Source: Arenicellales bacterium (lineage in GTDB: Bacteria; Pseudomonadota; Gammaproteobacteria; Arenicellales; UBA868). Taken from it: 64,000 nt of DNA. The stretch lies in NCBI GenBank assembly GCA_050256425.1, contig JBBWVW010000086.1:1015-65014 (forward strand), given 5' to 3'. The notes below the pieces were generated by a model. The model made no database searches, was not told the DNA's origin, and worked only from the letters and a program-made list of their open reading frames with translations. Both the position numbers and the translations under genes were made by a program. Below are positions 10,205 to 19,770 of this stretch, in pieces (the stretch's first letter is position 1; the number at the start of each line of letters is the position of its first letter).

Positions 10205-11023
10205 TTAACCACGATGCCAACTAAAACGCTTAATCAGTGCCATGCATACGCCGTCCATCAAGAATCCTAATATTCCGATTACCAGGATCATTACTGCCAG
10301 ATTGTCATACATCAAGTTTTCACGTGAGTCCTGGATCGTGTAGCCAAGACCTGAGGTTATACCAAGAAATTCTGCAGGCACAATGACAATCCACGCTACT
10401 CCGACGGCCAGCCGAATACCGGTTAAAACGTCAAATGCGATTGCTGGCAGAATGATCTCCTTCACGACATCCCACCAACGGGCACCGAGGTTTCGGGCAA
10501 CCTTGAACCACGAAGGGTCCAGCTTGGCAAGCCCAGCCGCAGTCGCGAAAGCGACGGGCCAAACCGCTGCCATCGAGATCAAGAAAATAATTGCCTGATC
10601 CCAGGTCGGCATAGCAATTACGGCTATCGGCTCCCAAGACAAGGGGCTTACCATTCTAAGAAATTGGAAGGGTGTATTACTTAACTTACGAAAAACTTTA
10701 CTTCTACCCATCAGAATCCCAATCGGCACTCCTGTGAGTATGGCAAGAAGCAAGCCCATTCCAAGGCGATAACCGCTCGCGAGACTTGCGTTTACTATGG
10801 TTCCGTCTTCGACTAAGTATGAGACCGCATTAAGAGCTGGGCCAGGCCCAAAATCGGCAAAACTGCTCGTTGAAGGGCTGCTCTCAAGTAACCAGCCACC
10901 ATACCACCAGAGACCAAACAAAATTGACAGCCCCATGAGGCTGTAAAACACTCGTGTTACCAGGGTTCTGAAGATTGCTCCCAGACGAGAGAAAGGTTGA
11001 TCGTTATTGGTCACTGTCGACAT
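10205..11023 (-). CDS. ABC transporter permease (NrtB/CynB/SsuC-like), second paralogue
   Basis: LRMVSPLSWEP, ARNLGA and IVPAEFLGITSGLGY. Confidence 0.9.
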   Translation of the reverse strand: MSTVTNNDQPFSRLGAIFRTLVTRVFYSLMGLSILFGLWWYGGWLLESSPSTSSFADFGPGPALNAVSYLVEDGTIVNASLASGYRLGMGLLLAILTGVPIGILMGRSKVFRKLSNTPFQFLRMVSPLSWEPIAVIAMPTWDQAIIFLISMAAVWPVAFATAAGLAKLDPSWFKVARNLGARWWDVVKEIILPAIAFDVLTGIRLAVGVAWIVIVPAEFLGITSGLGYTIQDSRENLMYDNLAVMILVIGILGFLMDGVCMALIKRFSWHRG

Positions 11024-11118
11024 AGCTAATGAAGAGTCTATTTTGTGGATTCTCAGCCAGTCTTCTTGATACGAATCGACGGGCCAAAGTACTCTATTCG
11101 ACTTTGATCGATCGCCGA

Positions 11119-11907
11119 CTATGGTGCTTCATCAGTGCCCCGTTCTTCGATACTTGAAGCCGCCCGGAATGTCTCCATTAAATGTTCGCGAAGTTTTTGA
11201 ACTTCGGAATCCTTAGCGTTACGCTCTTCTGGTAATGAAACGACGATCTCGTCCCTGATTTTCCCTGGTGAACCGGCCATGATCACGGCGCGGTCGGCCA
11301 TCAACACCGCTTCATCAATATTGTGAGTGACTATAACTAGATTTATTCCCAGGCTTTTTGCAATAGAGCGAACATCTTTTTGCAAAGCGGCCCGCGTGAA
11401 CGCGTCCAGAGCTGAAAATGGTTCATCAAGAAGCAGCATTTCGGGCTCCATAACCAAGGACCTTGCGAGCGCCACTCTTTGTTGCTGGCCGCCCGATAAA
11501 TCCTGAACGTTTGAGTCCGCAAAGTCTTCAAGATCTACGAGTTTTATGGTTTTCTCCACACGTTCTTGAATTTTTGATTCTGGCCAGTGAGCGAACTTCA
11601 AGCCGATGCCCACGTTCTGGCGAACATGCATCCACGGAAACAAATGGGGCGCTTGGAACATCATCACCCACCGCGGAGATGGATCCTTCACCGGGACATC
11701 ATCGATTCGGATTTCACCAGCAGTGGGGGCCAACAACCCTGCCATAATATGAAGTAAGGTCGACTTGCCACAACCAGATCGCCCAATAATTGCCAGTACC
11801 TCTCCAGGCAACGATTCTAGATTGACCTGGTCAAAGGTTATCGGGCCACGCGATGCATAGCTATGACTTAGTTCTTTTACGGCGATATGCACGCCCTGCT
11901 TACTCAT
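11119..11907 (-). CDS. ABC transporter ATP-binding protein (NrtD/TauB-like)
   Basis: GRSGCGKST, LSGGQQQR, LLLDEPF and VTH. Start is ATG 11907 or 11952. Confidence 0.93.
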   Translation of the reverse strand: MSKQGVHIAVKELSHSYASRGPITFDQVNLESLPGEVLAIIGRSGCGKSTLLHIMAGLLAPTAGEIRIDDVPVKDPSPRWVMMFQAPHLFPWMHVRQNVGIGLKFAHWPESKIQERVEKTIKLVDLEDFADSNVQDLSGGQQQRVALARSLVMEPEMLLLDEPFSALDAFTRAALQKDVRSIAKSLGINLVIVTHNIDEAVLMADRAVIMAGSPGKIRDEIVVSLPEERNAKDSEVQKLREHLMETFRAASSIEERGTDEAP

Positions 11908-12111
11908 TTCGCCCCTCCTCCTTACGATCTTTATATTTCTTGCGGCTTCCATAATAGGCCAAGCCGAAACTAATCTAACAACATCGACTAAATGCCATTA
12001 CAACATAATGGTTACTTGAATTAACCTTGAGGTTAGTAATAAGGTAATGCCTTTATACTTTAAGTATCCCATAAGTTATCCAAACAGTTAAACTGCAAAC
12101 ATACTTTCTCT

Positions 12112-12149
12112 AAGACGATCTAGTTATCTCCTAAATAGGAAATTCCTAT
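12112..12149 (-). promoter_or_regulatory. LysR-type operator copy 1, facing the ABC ATPase/permease operon
   Basis: Minus strand ATAGG-aattt-CCTAT-ttagga-GATAA-ctag-ATCGTCTT; contains a T-N11-A dyad. Confidence 0.75.
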
Positions 12150-12252
12150 TGGTGCTATTGGTTCTTCTTAAGAACAAGGGTAAACGTAAGAAATGCTAAC
12201 TCAAGATTTTACGATGGCAAACGGCCAATGAACTAGCCCTTGGGCAAAAACC

Positions 12253-13209
12253 ATGCCACGCAACACAATATTTCCTCGCTCCCTAAGGTACCTTTTAGCA
12301 GTCGCCAAGCACTCCAGTTTTACGCGCGCCGCAGAATCCTTGTTCGTTTCTCAGCCCGCTCTTTCCCAACAGATAAAACAACTTGAAGCGCAGATCGGCA
12401 TTCAATTGCTGGAACGTTCCGGACGGAATGTACACCTAACAGATGCCGGAGAAATTTATGTACACCACGTCAAGCGAGCGCTCGCAGAAATAAATGCTGC
12501 TGCGCAGGCCTTAGATGACCTAAGCGACCTAACGCGAGGCTCGCTGAACCTGGGGTTAACGCCAATAACCGACTACCTAACGGCGCCTCTAATCCGAGAC
12601 TTTATCACCAAATACCCGAGAATCTCTTTAAACACTATCGAGATGACACAGCAACAGATTGAAGAAGCGGTGCTGCAGGATCAGGTAAATCTTGGAGTCA
12701 TCTTCAGTGATTCATTTTCTCTTTCTACAAGATCGGCGGATCTAGAGATCTACACACTCTTAACTGACTCCCTCGTGTTGGCGGCCGCGAGTTCCACCCA
12801 TCTAACCACTAATGCTAATGAATGCCTCTATTTGGAAGAAGTTGGCTTAGTGAAGCACCCATTAGCGTTATTGAACTCACAGTTTGAGATGCGAAAGCAA
12901 ATTGATGCGTACTTTTCTTACCATGAGATTACGCCGAACGTCACACTAGAATCCAACTCACTCGGTGTAATTATCGAAGTCGTTCGCTCCGGAGAATTAC
13001 ATACAATATTACCCGCATCAATCGTCAAGTCACTAGGCGGTCTTACTCCACTCACGGTGAGCCCGCCGCTGCCGCAACACACTGTCACTATCATTATCAG
13101 AAAGTCTGCCTATCAAAGTCAGGCTTGTAGCGCTTTCCTTAAGCTTGCGCTGCTTTGGAGTCAGGTCCCTAGAGGCGTGCTCGCAGCAGCAAACAAGGCC
13201 CATGGATAA
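12253..13209 (+). CDS. cynR: CynR-like LysR-family transcriptional regulator
   Basis: HSSFTRAAESLFVSQPALSQQIKQLE and DLSDLTRGSL resemble E. coli CynR; cyanase is nearby. Confidence 0.8.
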   Translation: MPRNTIFPRSLRYLLAVAKHSSFTRAAESLFVSQPALSQQIKQLEAQIGIQLLERSGRNVHLTDAGEIYVHHVKRALAEINAAAQALDDLSDLTRGSLNLGLTPITDYLTAPLIRDFITKYPRISLNTIEMTQQQIEEAVLQDQVNLGVIFSDSFSLSTRSADLEIYTLLTDSLVLAAASSTHLTTNANECLYLEEVGLVKHPLALLNSQFEMRKQIDAYFSYHEITPNVTLESNSLGVIIEVVRSGELHTILPASIVKSLGGLTPLTVSPPLPQHTVTIIIRKSAYQSQACSAFLKLALLWSQVPRGVLAAANKAHG

Positions 13210-13355
13210 CCTAGACAACAACCTAAGTGAACCTTCTTTGGAGAGTTATCAATCATCGCACTTCATTCTTTTGAAAGCGCAAAGCCATTGTAATTAGCTG
13301 GTCTCTTGCTTGGCCGCAGCCTGTTTTTCAGTGATTTCTTTATCCGTCTTTCAAG

Positions 13356-14642
13356 TTAATCTACTTCCTTGCTGATTTGCCGATCAAACAACGACGGTCC
13401 ATAGAGCTCATTGGTGATAAGCGTGCAAATGGTCACAGCAATTATTGAGAAAATCGCCGCCTCGTAAGACAGGGTAAATTCAAGAACAATTAGAACCGTT
13501 GAAATCGGGGCCCCGAAAACAGCGGCAGCGACTGCAGCCATTCCTGCGATACTCAGACTTTCGCCTCCGGCAATTCCCAGAGCGGCTACCATTTTCCCAA
13601 ACAAACACCCTACCCCTGCGCCGATAAAAAGCGATGGCAAGTACACGCCGCCGTGCATCCCGCAGCCGATACATGTCACAGTAAGGAGCAGTTTAGATAT
13701 AACCAAAATTACTATTGTGGTCACCGCAAGATTGTTATGAAGAAGATCTGGAATTACATCAAGGCCAAGACCAAGCGCCCCGGGAACCCAAATTCCAATT
13801 ACTCCGCAGACCATTGCCGCAAAAATTAATGGCCCGATCCGCCCTTTCCAGGAATGATCAACCTTTTCGGTTACCTTCCCGAGCATAATCATGAAAACAA
13901 CTGCTGTAATCGCAAAAATAGGAGCGCCAAGGATAACAAACGGAAGTAACTCCAGCATCGAGCCTCCGACAACCTGATCGAATTGAATCCGACGTTCACC
14001 CAACATTTGTTCACTTAGGGCACTAGCCGTAATAGCCGCTATCGAAATCGGAGCAACTGCTCGTAGTGAGAATCGACGTAACACAACCTCATGGGAGAAA
14101 ACGATTGCCGCCATCGGCGTACCAAAGCCTGCGGCAATGGCGCCAGCAACACCGCATCCAATCCACGTCGAAGTAGAAATCGTGCTCCGAAGCACTCTAG
14201 AAACACCAGACCCGATAGCTCCACCGAAATGAACCAAGGGCCCATACTGTCCGACTGAAGCTGCCCCTCCAACCGAAATCAGCGCCGCCAGTGTAGAGCC
14301 AAAGCCAATTCGGATATCAACAACTTCACCAGATTGTGCAGCTTGAATCGTTTCTGCTGGGCCGTGAAACCGTTCGACTCTAAGGATGCGACGCAATCCA
14401 TATATGAGAAACGCCGCGGCCAGAAGAAATACCGGGCTGACAATTACTACCCATCCGTCCCCGTAACTTGAGGCGATGCGTCCAATAAAATCCGAGAAAT
14501 GTTTTATAGACTCTGCGATAAAAAGAAAGCCGCTCGCCGCGATGGCCATTATGGCTCCAATTCCCACTCCAACACCAACTCTTAAAAAAGAGTCTCTAAT
14601 AGGGCGATGACCCAGTTCTTTCACTGTTAAGTTTGTTTCCAT
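13356..14642 (-). CDS. CLC-family anion channel/transporter, atypical, no CBS domains
   Basis: GQYGPLVHFGG, GVAGAIAAGFGTPMAA, GGVYLPSLFIGA and AAVFGAPIS. Start trimmed to ATG 14642. Confidence 0.88.
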   Translation of the reverse strand: METNLTVKELGHRPIRDSFLRVGVGVGIGAIMAIAASGFLFIAESIKHFSDFIGRIASSYGDGWVVIVSPVFLLAAAFLIYGLRRILRVERFHGPAETIQAAQSGEVVDIRIGFGSTLAALISVGGAASVGQYGPLVHFGGAIGSGVSRVLRSTISTSTWIGCGVAGAIAAGFGTPMAAIVFSHEVVLRRFSLRAVAPISIAAITASALSEQMLGERRIQFDQVVGGSMLELLPFVILGAPIFAITAVVFMIMLGKVTEKVDHSWKGRIGPLIFAAMVCGVIGIWVPGALGLGLDVIPDLLHNNLAVTTIVILVISKLLLTVTCIGCGMHGGVYLPSLFIGAGVGCLFGKMVAALGIAGGESLSIAGMAAVAAAVFGAPISTVLIVLEFTLSYEAAIFSIIAVTICTLITNELYGPSLFDRQISKEVD

Positions 14643-14754
14643 ACTACCGGTCTGCAATCGTTGCCTTTGTGCACTATGAGACCAGCCCAGGTCAACGCCC
14701 AATCGTGCTATGGCTTCTCGAACCTTTTAAATGTTTCGTCTGGCGACGTGGCCC

Positions 14755-15195
14755 TCACCACGAACGGTACGGGAGAAACTTTCCACTCAAATCAAGGCGT
14801 ACTCGATCTCCATTTTCATTTTCTTCTCTAGATAAAGTCATTCTGAAATCGATCGCAGACATTATCCCATCCCCGAATTCCTCATGTATCAGCTCTTTAA
14901 TTGTCTCCCCATATACCCCTACCATTTCATAAAGCCTGTATATCACCGGATCCGTCGGTACGGTCTGTTCCCATTTTTTGTTTGGAAACTGCTGCAACGC
15001 AATTGATGCGTCCGCTGATAGCTCGAGATAGTTCACGACAGCATCCGCGTCCTCTTTATCCATATGGTTCATGCCAAGACAAGCCGAAACGACAAACTCA
15101 GGAGACATCGAGGTCTGCTCTGCTATCTGCCTCCATGAAACCGATTTCTTCGTTTTCGCTGTCTTGATCTCCTCTGACATCTTTACCTTATCCAT
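14755..15195 (-). CDS. cynS: Cyanate hydratase (cyanase)
   Basis: PTDPVIYRLYE, IHEEFGDGIMSAIDF and GKFLPY. ATG 15195 has a GGGAG SD. Confidence 0.96.
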   Translation of the reverse strand: MDKVKMSEEIKTAKTKKSVSWRQIAEQTSMSPEFVVSACLGMNHMDKEDADAVVNYLELSADASIALQQFPNKKWEQTVPTDPVIYRLYEMVGVYGETIKELIHEEFGDGIMSAIDFRMTLSREENENGDRVRLDLSGKFLPYRSW

Positions 15196-15298
15196 TTTCA
15201 AGCTCCCTAACCAAATTGTTTGTTGATGTATTGATGAACAACCTTATAGACCCAGGTACAACATTGTGATCTGATCGCGCCCACGCACTATGTGATAT

Positions 15299-16303
15299 CT
15301 AGTTCTGGCCAGAACGCTGAAGTAGTCTGGCGTCATTTGCCATCCCATAGATTTCAATGTTCCAACCTAACTCGACATCCAGTTGCTTTCGAGCAAGTCC
15401 GCGAAGTCGCTCGCCGAACCTCTCTATTTCAGATACGTCTAATTTCTTTTTCCCGATCAGAATATTCGGATAACGAGAATCCAGCCGTAGGCTTGAATCG
15501 GCGTCCTGCAAATCCCCAAGTTCAGCAATAATAGCTTTTGCTTTTGGGAGTTCTAGCTGCGACTTGGCATTATCGAATTCTTTTTGAATCACATAAAACG
15601 CATGTCCTGTGCGAAAACGCTCTGTTGAGTATGTTTTCTGATGTAGTGCTTTCATTCGAGAAAGCTTCTCCTCGAGTAAGGCAACGCGTCTTCGCTCTGG
15701 CTTAAGGACGGCCTGGACGATCACGCCGGTCTTAAGTTTCTCGCACAGCCTTGTGACCGTATCGACGTGGCCACGCTTTATTGTCTCTACCCGCCCATCT
15801 CGCCTCACAATCGTCGCGCGTAAAAAAGAATCGAGGATGCCGTTCTCAGCAAAACACGCGTTGCTGGCGAGGGCTCCACCAATGGTTCCGGGAATTGCCC
15901 CCAGAAAGGTAAGGTCAAAACCGTTTTCCAGCGCTTTTAGCACAATGTCTTTGGTGAATGCTCCTGCGCCCACTCGTATGGCGTTATTGGGCAGCACCTC
16001 AAAACCATTAAAGCGGGCCCCTAGGGACACTACTAGGCCCGCGAACCCCTCCTTTCTGAAAATCACATTCGAGCCTGACCCAGATGGAAGCACGGCAATT
16101 GATTCGGGCAGATCACGCATCAGAACACATAGGTCTGCCATATTCAAAGGTTGAATCAGTGCTACGGCCTTCCCACCAGAGTTAAACCACGTTTGTAGCG
16201 CAAAGTGAGCATCAAACTCAATATCACCTTGGATGTTGCCCAAGTAAGGCTTCGCGTCATTAGCCGTTAACGGCGACCCATCCTTACTGATAATGCTGCG
16301 CAA
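15299..16303 (-). CDS. MurB-fold FAD-binding protein with substituted catalytic residues
   Basis: FAD motifs GSGSNV and GAIPGTIGGAL are retained. SxGSVF is replaced by RTGHAF, HANF by YPNI, and LxxE by LGWN. Confidence 0.7.
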   Translation of the reverse strand: MRSIISKDGSPLTANDAKPYLGNIQGDIEFDAHFALQTWFNSGGKAVALIQPLNMADLCVLMRDLPESIAVLPSGSGSNVIFRKEGFAGLVVSLGARFNGFEVLPNNAIRVGAGAFTKDIVLKALENGFDLTFLGAIPGTIGGALASNACFAENGILDSFLRATIVRRDGRVETIKRGHVDTVTRLCEKLKTGVIVQAVLKPERRRVALLEEKLSRMKALHQKTYSTERFRTGHAFYVIQKEFDNAKSQLELPKAKAIIAELGDLQDADSSLRLDSRYPNILIGKKKLDVSEIERFGERLRGLARKQLDVELGWNIEIYGMANDARLLQRSGQN

Positions 16304-16474
16304 AATAGTGCTACCTCGGCGAATACTATCTTTCGTTAGTTTCTCATCCGCTTTATCTTCGACGCCATCTTAGATTGTCTGACACACCAGGGTGGCCCCG
16401 CTTGAAAAAGTGTATCTACAGCCATTCTCATTGTAAAACTCTGGGATTCTCAGTGATCAGCTCGCCTAGGCCAG

Positions 16475-16512
16475 ATAGGTTTTTCCTATTCTCTGGATAA
16501 AATAATCGTCTT
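16475..16512 (+). promoter_or_regulatory. LysR-type operator copy 2, facing DUF1348
   Basis: ATAGG-ttttt-CCTAT-tctctg-GATAA-aata-ATCGTCTT running into TTGAAT (-35-like). Confidence 0.78.
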
Positions 16513-16628
16513 GAATTTGACCACATCGCTGTCATGATGTTTCGTAGACTTGAAAGGCTCGATCTTCAAAATAGTCAAATTCACTATAGTTCGTCGAACT
16601 GAAATAACCAGAGGTTTTGGGAGGATTA

Positions 16629-17099
16629 ATGCAACCAACTGATCTTAAACCCCCGTTTAACTCGTCTACTGCAGCCAAAAAAGTACAGATGGCTGAGAAC
16701 GCATGGAATACTCGCGATCCAGAACGTGTGAGCCTGGCCTATACACCAGATAGCACATGGCGGAATCGCTCAGAACATTTCCAGGGACGAGACGCCATCG
16801 TGAAATTTCTTACCAAGAAATGGGAGAAAGAACTTGATTATCGTTTAGTCAAAGAACTCTGGGCATTTTCAGAGAACCGCATAGCCGTACGATTCCAGTA
16901 TGAATGGCGCGATCAAGAACAACATTGGCACAGATCATATGGAAACGAGCTGTGGGAATTTTCCGAAGAGGGCTTAATGCGGCGGCGGGAAGCAAGCATC
17001 AATGATGTTGCTATTGATGTTAGCCAACGTCGATTTTTCTGGCCCAGCCCAGGCCATCGACCCTCTGACCATGCTGGCCTGCTTCAGAGCCCAGAGTAA
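16629..17099 (+). CDS. DUF1348 / SnoaL-like (NTF2-fold) protein
   Basis: [36 protein letters not shown] and [10 protein letters not shown]; GGAGGA SD. Confidence 0.9.
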   Translation: MQPTDLKPPFNSSTAAKKVQMAENAWNTRDPERVSLAYTPDSTWRNRSEHFQGRDAIVKFLTKKWEKELDYRLVKELWAFSENRIAVRFQYEWRDQEQHWHRSYGNELWEFSEEGLMRRREASINDVAIDVSQRRFFWPSPGHRPSDHAGLLQSPE

Positions 17100-17228
17100 T
17101 TTAATGAGCTTATTAACCAGTGGTGGAATACTGGCGCCCGGTCCCCCTATTCTACAAATCGAGCCGCGGTGTGCTGCCACCCCAGGCAAGAAACTGCGCG
17201 GTGAACTACTGCCTTCGTGATCGTATTC

Positions 17229-17645
17229 TCAGGAAGTCTTTTGGGTGTGAGCGTTAAATTTTTTGAGAAACCCGGCTAACGAATAAATAGCTTGCTGGAC
17301 TTCGGAATCACGCAACAATCGAATCAATCCCAGATACCCACCATGACTCATGTTTTTTTCATCATTAGCGCCATCAAGGAGTTTCTCAGAGGTAAGCGCT
17401 TTTGCGACGCCCTCTAAATTCTCTTGCACTGCAGGGTCGCCTAGCGCCTGCAAGAGATGCATCAGCCCTTCGTTTCTCGTCACACGATCCATCAGGATCA
17501 TTCCTTCCCCAATCGTTGCTGCCAAACGTGTAACGATATCGTCAGTCATTGCATCCTGCGCGGCTGCAATGGCTGATGCTAACTCAATTAATTTATCAAG
17601 ATTTTGGGTTTCCAGATTGGCGCCCGCTTCTTTCAATTCGTTCAT
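17229..17645 (-). CDS. DUF1641-domain protein
   Basis: GYLGLIRLLRDSEVQQAI terminus; the family typically follows SQR-like genes. Confidence 0.75.
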   Translation of the reverse strand: MNELKEAGANLETQNLDKLIELASAIAAAQDAMTDDIVTRLAATIGEGMILMDRVTRNEGLMHLLQALGDPAVQENLEGVAKALTSEKLLDGANDEKNMSHGGYLGLIRLLRDSEVQQAIYSLAGFLKKFNAHTQKTS

Positions 17646-17695
17646 CGTATTTTTTCCATAGACATTGCAGTTGATGTTCTGGAAACTACTTTCGA

Positions 17696-18829
17696 TCAGA
17701 GAAGACCTCGCGCCGAGGACCAATACCATTGGTTATAGGACATCTTCAGCATGTGCATCGACTTGGTTGGCGGCCTGATTTCCGGTGGATCAATATAATT
17801 GAAGCATGCATTAGTTGCGCGGTCCTGGTCTGCTTCGATAAAGCAATACACCTTGCCGTCGTACTCTCGTGTTGCCGTCCCGGTTCGACAAAGAGATGCG
17901 ATGTTCTCACCGATTACTTCACTTTCAAAGTGGGCGGTTGAACCTGTTTTGCTGATTGGCAGGTTAGTGGTATCACCAAGCACGAAGACGTTATCCTGGC
18001 CGTCCATCCTTAGCGAATAACGGTCAGTCGGTATCCAGCCCCCCTCGCCAAGGTTATTATCTTCTATCACCTGCATACCTCTGTGAGGAGGGACGGCGAC
18101 TAACAGATCGAATTCTTTTTCTGTCCCCTCTTCGCTATGTACGATTTTGTTTTCGACATCGATCTCTTTCATATTGAAGAAAGTTTCGTAATCGACTTCC
18201 ATCCGCGCAAATTCCGGGATTGCCCATTTCGCGATGTTTTCAATGTTGTGTATCCGCGCAATCGGATAGGTGTACTTGAGATCGACCTTGTCGCGAATGC
18301 CGCGTTTTTTAAAAAATTCATGCAGCATGAAAGTGATCTCGATCGGCGCGATGGGACACTTATGCGGAACACCAACCACCACCACTACCTTGCCCCCTTC
18401 GAAGTCGCGCAGTTTTTTAAACATACTGACAGCGCCGTCTCGGGTATACGGTGTTTCAGACGACTCCTTAAGTCCAGGCACCTCGTCATATACCGCTTCA
18501 CAACCAGTCGCTATCACTAGCATGTCATAGTCATGGACAACCCCGGCTTTGGTACGAACGCGGTTACTGCTCATTTCAAATTCTTCAACAGGATCAACGA
18601 AAAACTTGATGCCCGGCTCCAAAAGACTCGATTGATCACGACAAATATCGTTAAGAGCCATTTTGCCAAACGCAACGTAAAGGAGCCCAGGCTGATACCA
18701 GTGTTGGTCCGAAGCGGACAACATTGTGATCTCCACGCTGCCTTGTCTGATTTCTTTGGAGAGTCGTCGCGCAACATTGTTTGCGGCGATCGTTCCGCCC
18801 ATTCCACCCCCGACGAACAGAATTCTCAT
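17696..18829 (-). CDS. sqr: Sulfide:quinone oxidoreductase-like flavoprotein (type III-like)
   Basis: GGGMGG FAD motif, HKCPIAPIE, VPPHRG, LPISKTGSTAHFE and VYCFIE (two active-site Cys). Confidence 0.8.
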   Translation of the reverse strand: MRILFVGGGMGGTIAANNVARRLSKEIRQGSVEITMLSASDQHWYQPGLLYVAFGKMALNDICRDQSSLLEPGIKFFVDPVEEFEMSSNRVRTKAGVVHDYDMLVIATGCEAVYDEVPGLKESSETPYTRDGAVSMFKKLRDFEGGKVVVVVGVPHKCPIAPIEITFMLHEFFKKRGIRDKVDLKYTYPIARIHNIENIAKWAIPEFARMEVDYETFFNMKEIDVENKIVHSEEGTEKEFDLLVAVPPHRGMQVIEDNNLGEGGWIPTDRYSLRMDGQDNVFVLGDTTNLPISKTGSTAHFESEVIGENIASLCRTGTATREYDGKVYCFIEADQDRATNACFNYIDPPEIRPPTKSMHMLKMSYNQWYWSSARGLL

Positions 18830-18914
18830 TTAGACCTCCTTATGAAATGCCAAACCCACTTTCGAAAAATACTTTTCACCACATACAAACTAACACCAGA
18901 CGGAAAGGGATATT

Positions 18915-19145
18915 TCACTTTATCTTGCGAACCTTTATGTGCCATACGTCATCGATCTTTTCGTTGCTAACAAGCTCGTGACCCACTTTACTGATCCACT
19001 CCGGTACATCGTTTGCAGAACCTTTATCGGTAGACAGCAGTTCTAACTGGTCTCCGACTCCAGCCCGCTTCATGAATGAGATCAGTTCCATCAACGGCCC
19101 TGGACAAAAAGTGTTCCGGGCATCGACTATTTTTTCTTCGGACAT
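18915..19145 (-). CDS. tusA: TusA-family sulfur carrier
   Basis: VDARNTFCPGPLM (CPxP) and DVPEWI motifs. Confidence 0.9.
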   Translation of the reverse strand: MSEEKIVDARNTFCPGPLMELISFMKRAGVGDQLELLSTDKGSANDVPEWISKVGHELVSNEKIDDVWHIKVRKIK

Positions 19146-19183
19146 AACGCTTCTCCACAAATGACACTTAGTGCCAGTTTCGT

Positions 19184-19576
19184 CTAAAACGAGACTATTC
19201 TTCCGTCTTCTGCATCAGAGAGGAACCGGGTCAATCCAGTAGCAGGTCCAAACTCTAACATCAGATCATCTGGACTAACCTTAAGGAGATCTAGAGCCAT
19301 TGAGCAGGCCAATAATTTAGCATCTCCGAGTTCGGCTGCCTGTTCAAATAATACCCTGAACTCTGGGACGCCCTTGACACCGATTAAATCCCCGAATGGT
19401 CCCTCCTTTGGCGGCACTAAGGTCGCATTCTGCTTAACGAGGAATTGAAGAGCGTTCATCGAAAAAAAGACCGACACTTCGCTTCCACTTGCTGCCGCGA
19501 CAGAAGCGACCATCGCTGCCATTTGCAGTTTTTCGAGTGTTCCAGAAACACAAATTATTGATAGTTTGCTAGTCAT
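19184..19576 (-). CDS. DsrE/DsrF/DrsH-like (DsrE2-type) sulfurtransferase
   Basis: SGTLEK, AAASGSEVSVFFS and KLLACSMALDLL (conserved Cys). Confidence 0.85.
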   Translation of the reverse strand: MTSKLSIICVSGTLEKLQMAAMVASVAAASGSEVSVFFSMNALQFLVKQNATLVPPKEGPFGDLIGVKGVPEFRVLFEQAAELGDAKLLACSMALDLLKVSPDDLMLEFGPATGLTRFLSDAEDGRIVSF

Positions 19577-19732
19577 GCTGATACTTGATTGGTAGTGAAC
19601 CGAACCTGTGTGAAGGAGCTCTAATTCTTGAAGAGCCTCACCTAACGGAGTTTTACGAAACTAGGCTTGTCATCTTCAGAGGCGCAACCCTATGAGTCTA
19701 CGAGACATCCTGACCCCAATGTGGCCAGTTTC

Positions 19733-19770
19733 AAGACGATAATTTTATCTGAAGAATAGGAAAAACCTAT
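19733..19770 (-). promoter_or_regulatory. LysR-type operator copy 3, facing dsrE-tusA-sqr
   Basis: Minus strand ATAGG-ttttt-CCTAT-tcttca-GATAA-aatt-ATCGTCTT running into TTGAAA. Confidence 0.78.

Noticed and set aside
15299-16303. Housekeeping murB
   Set aside because: Catalytic motifs are substituted, it is outside the dcw cluster and it has island-like composition, so no gene symbol was given.
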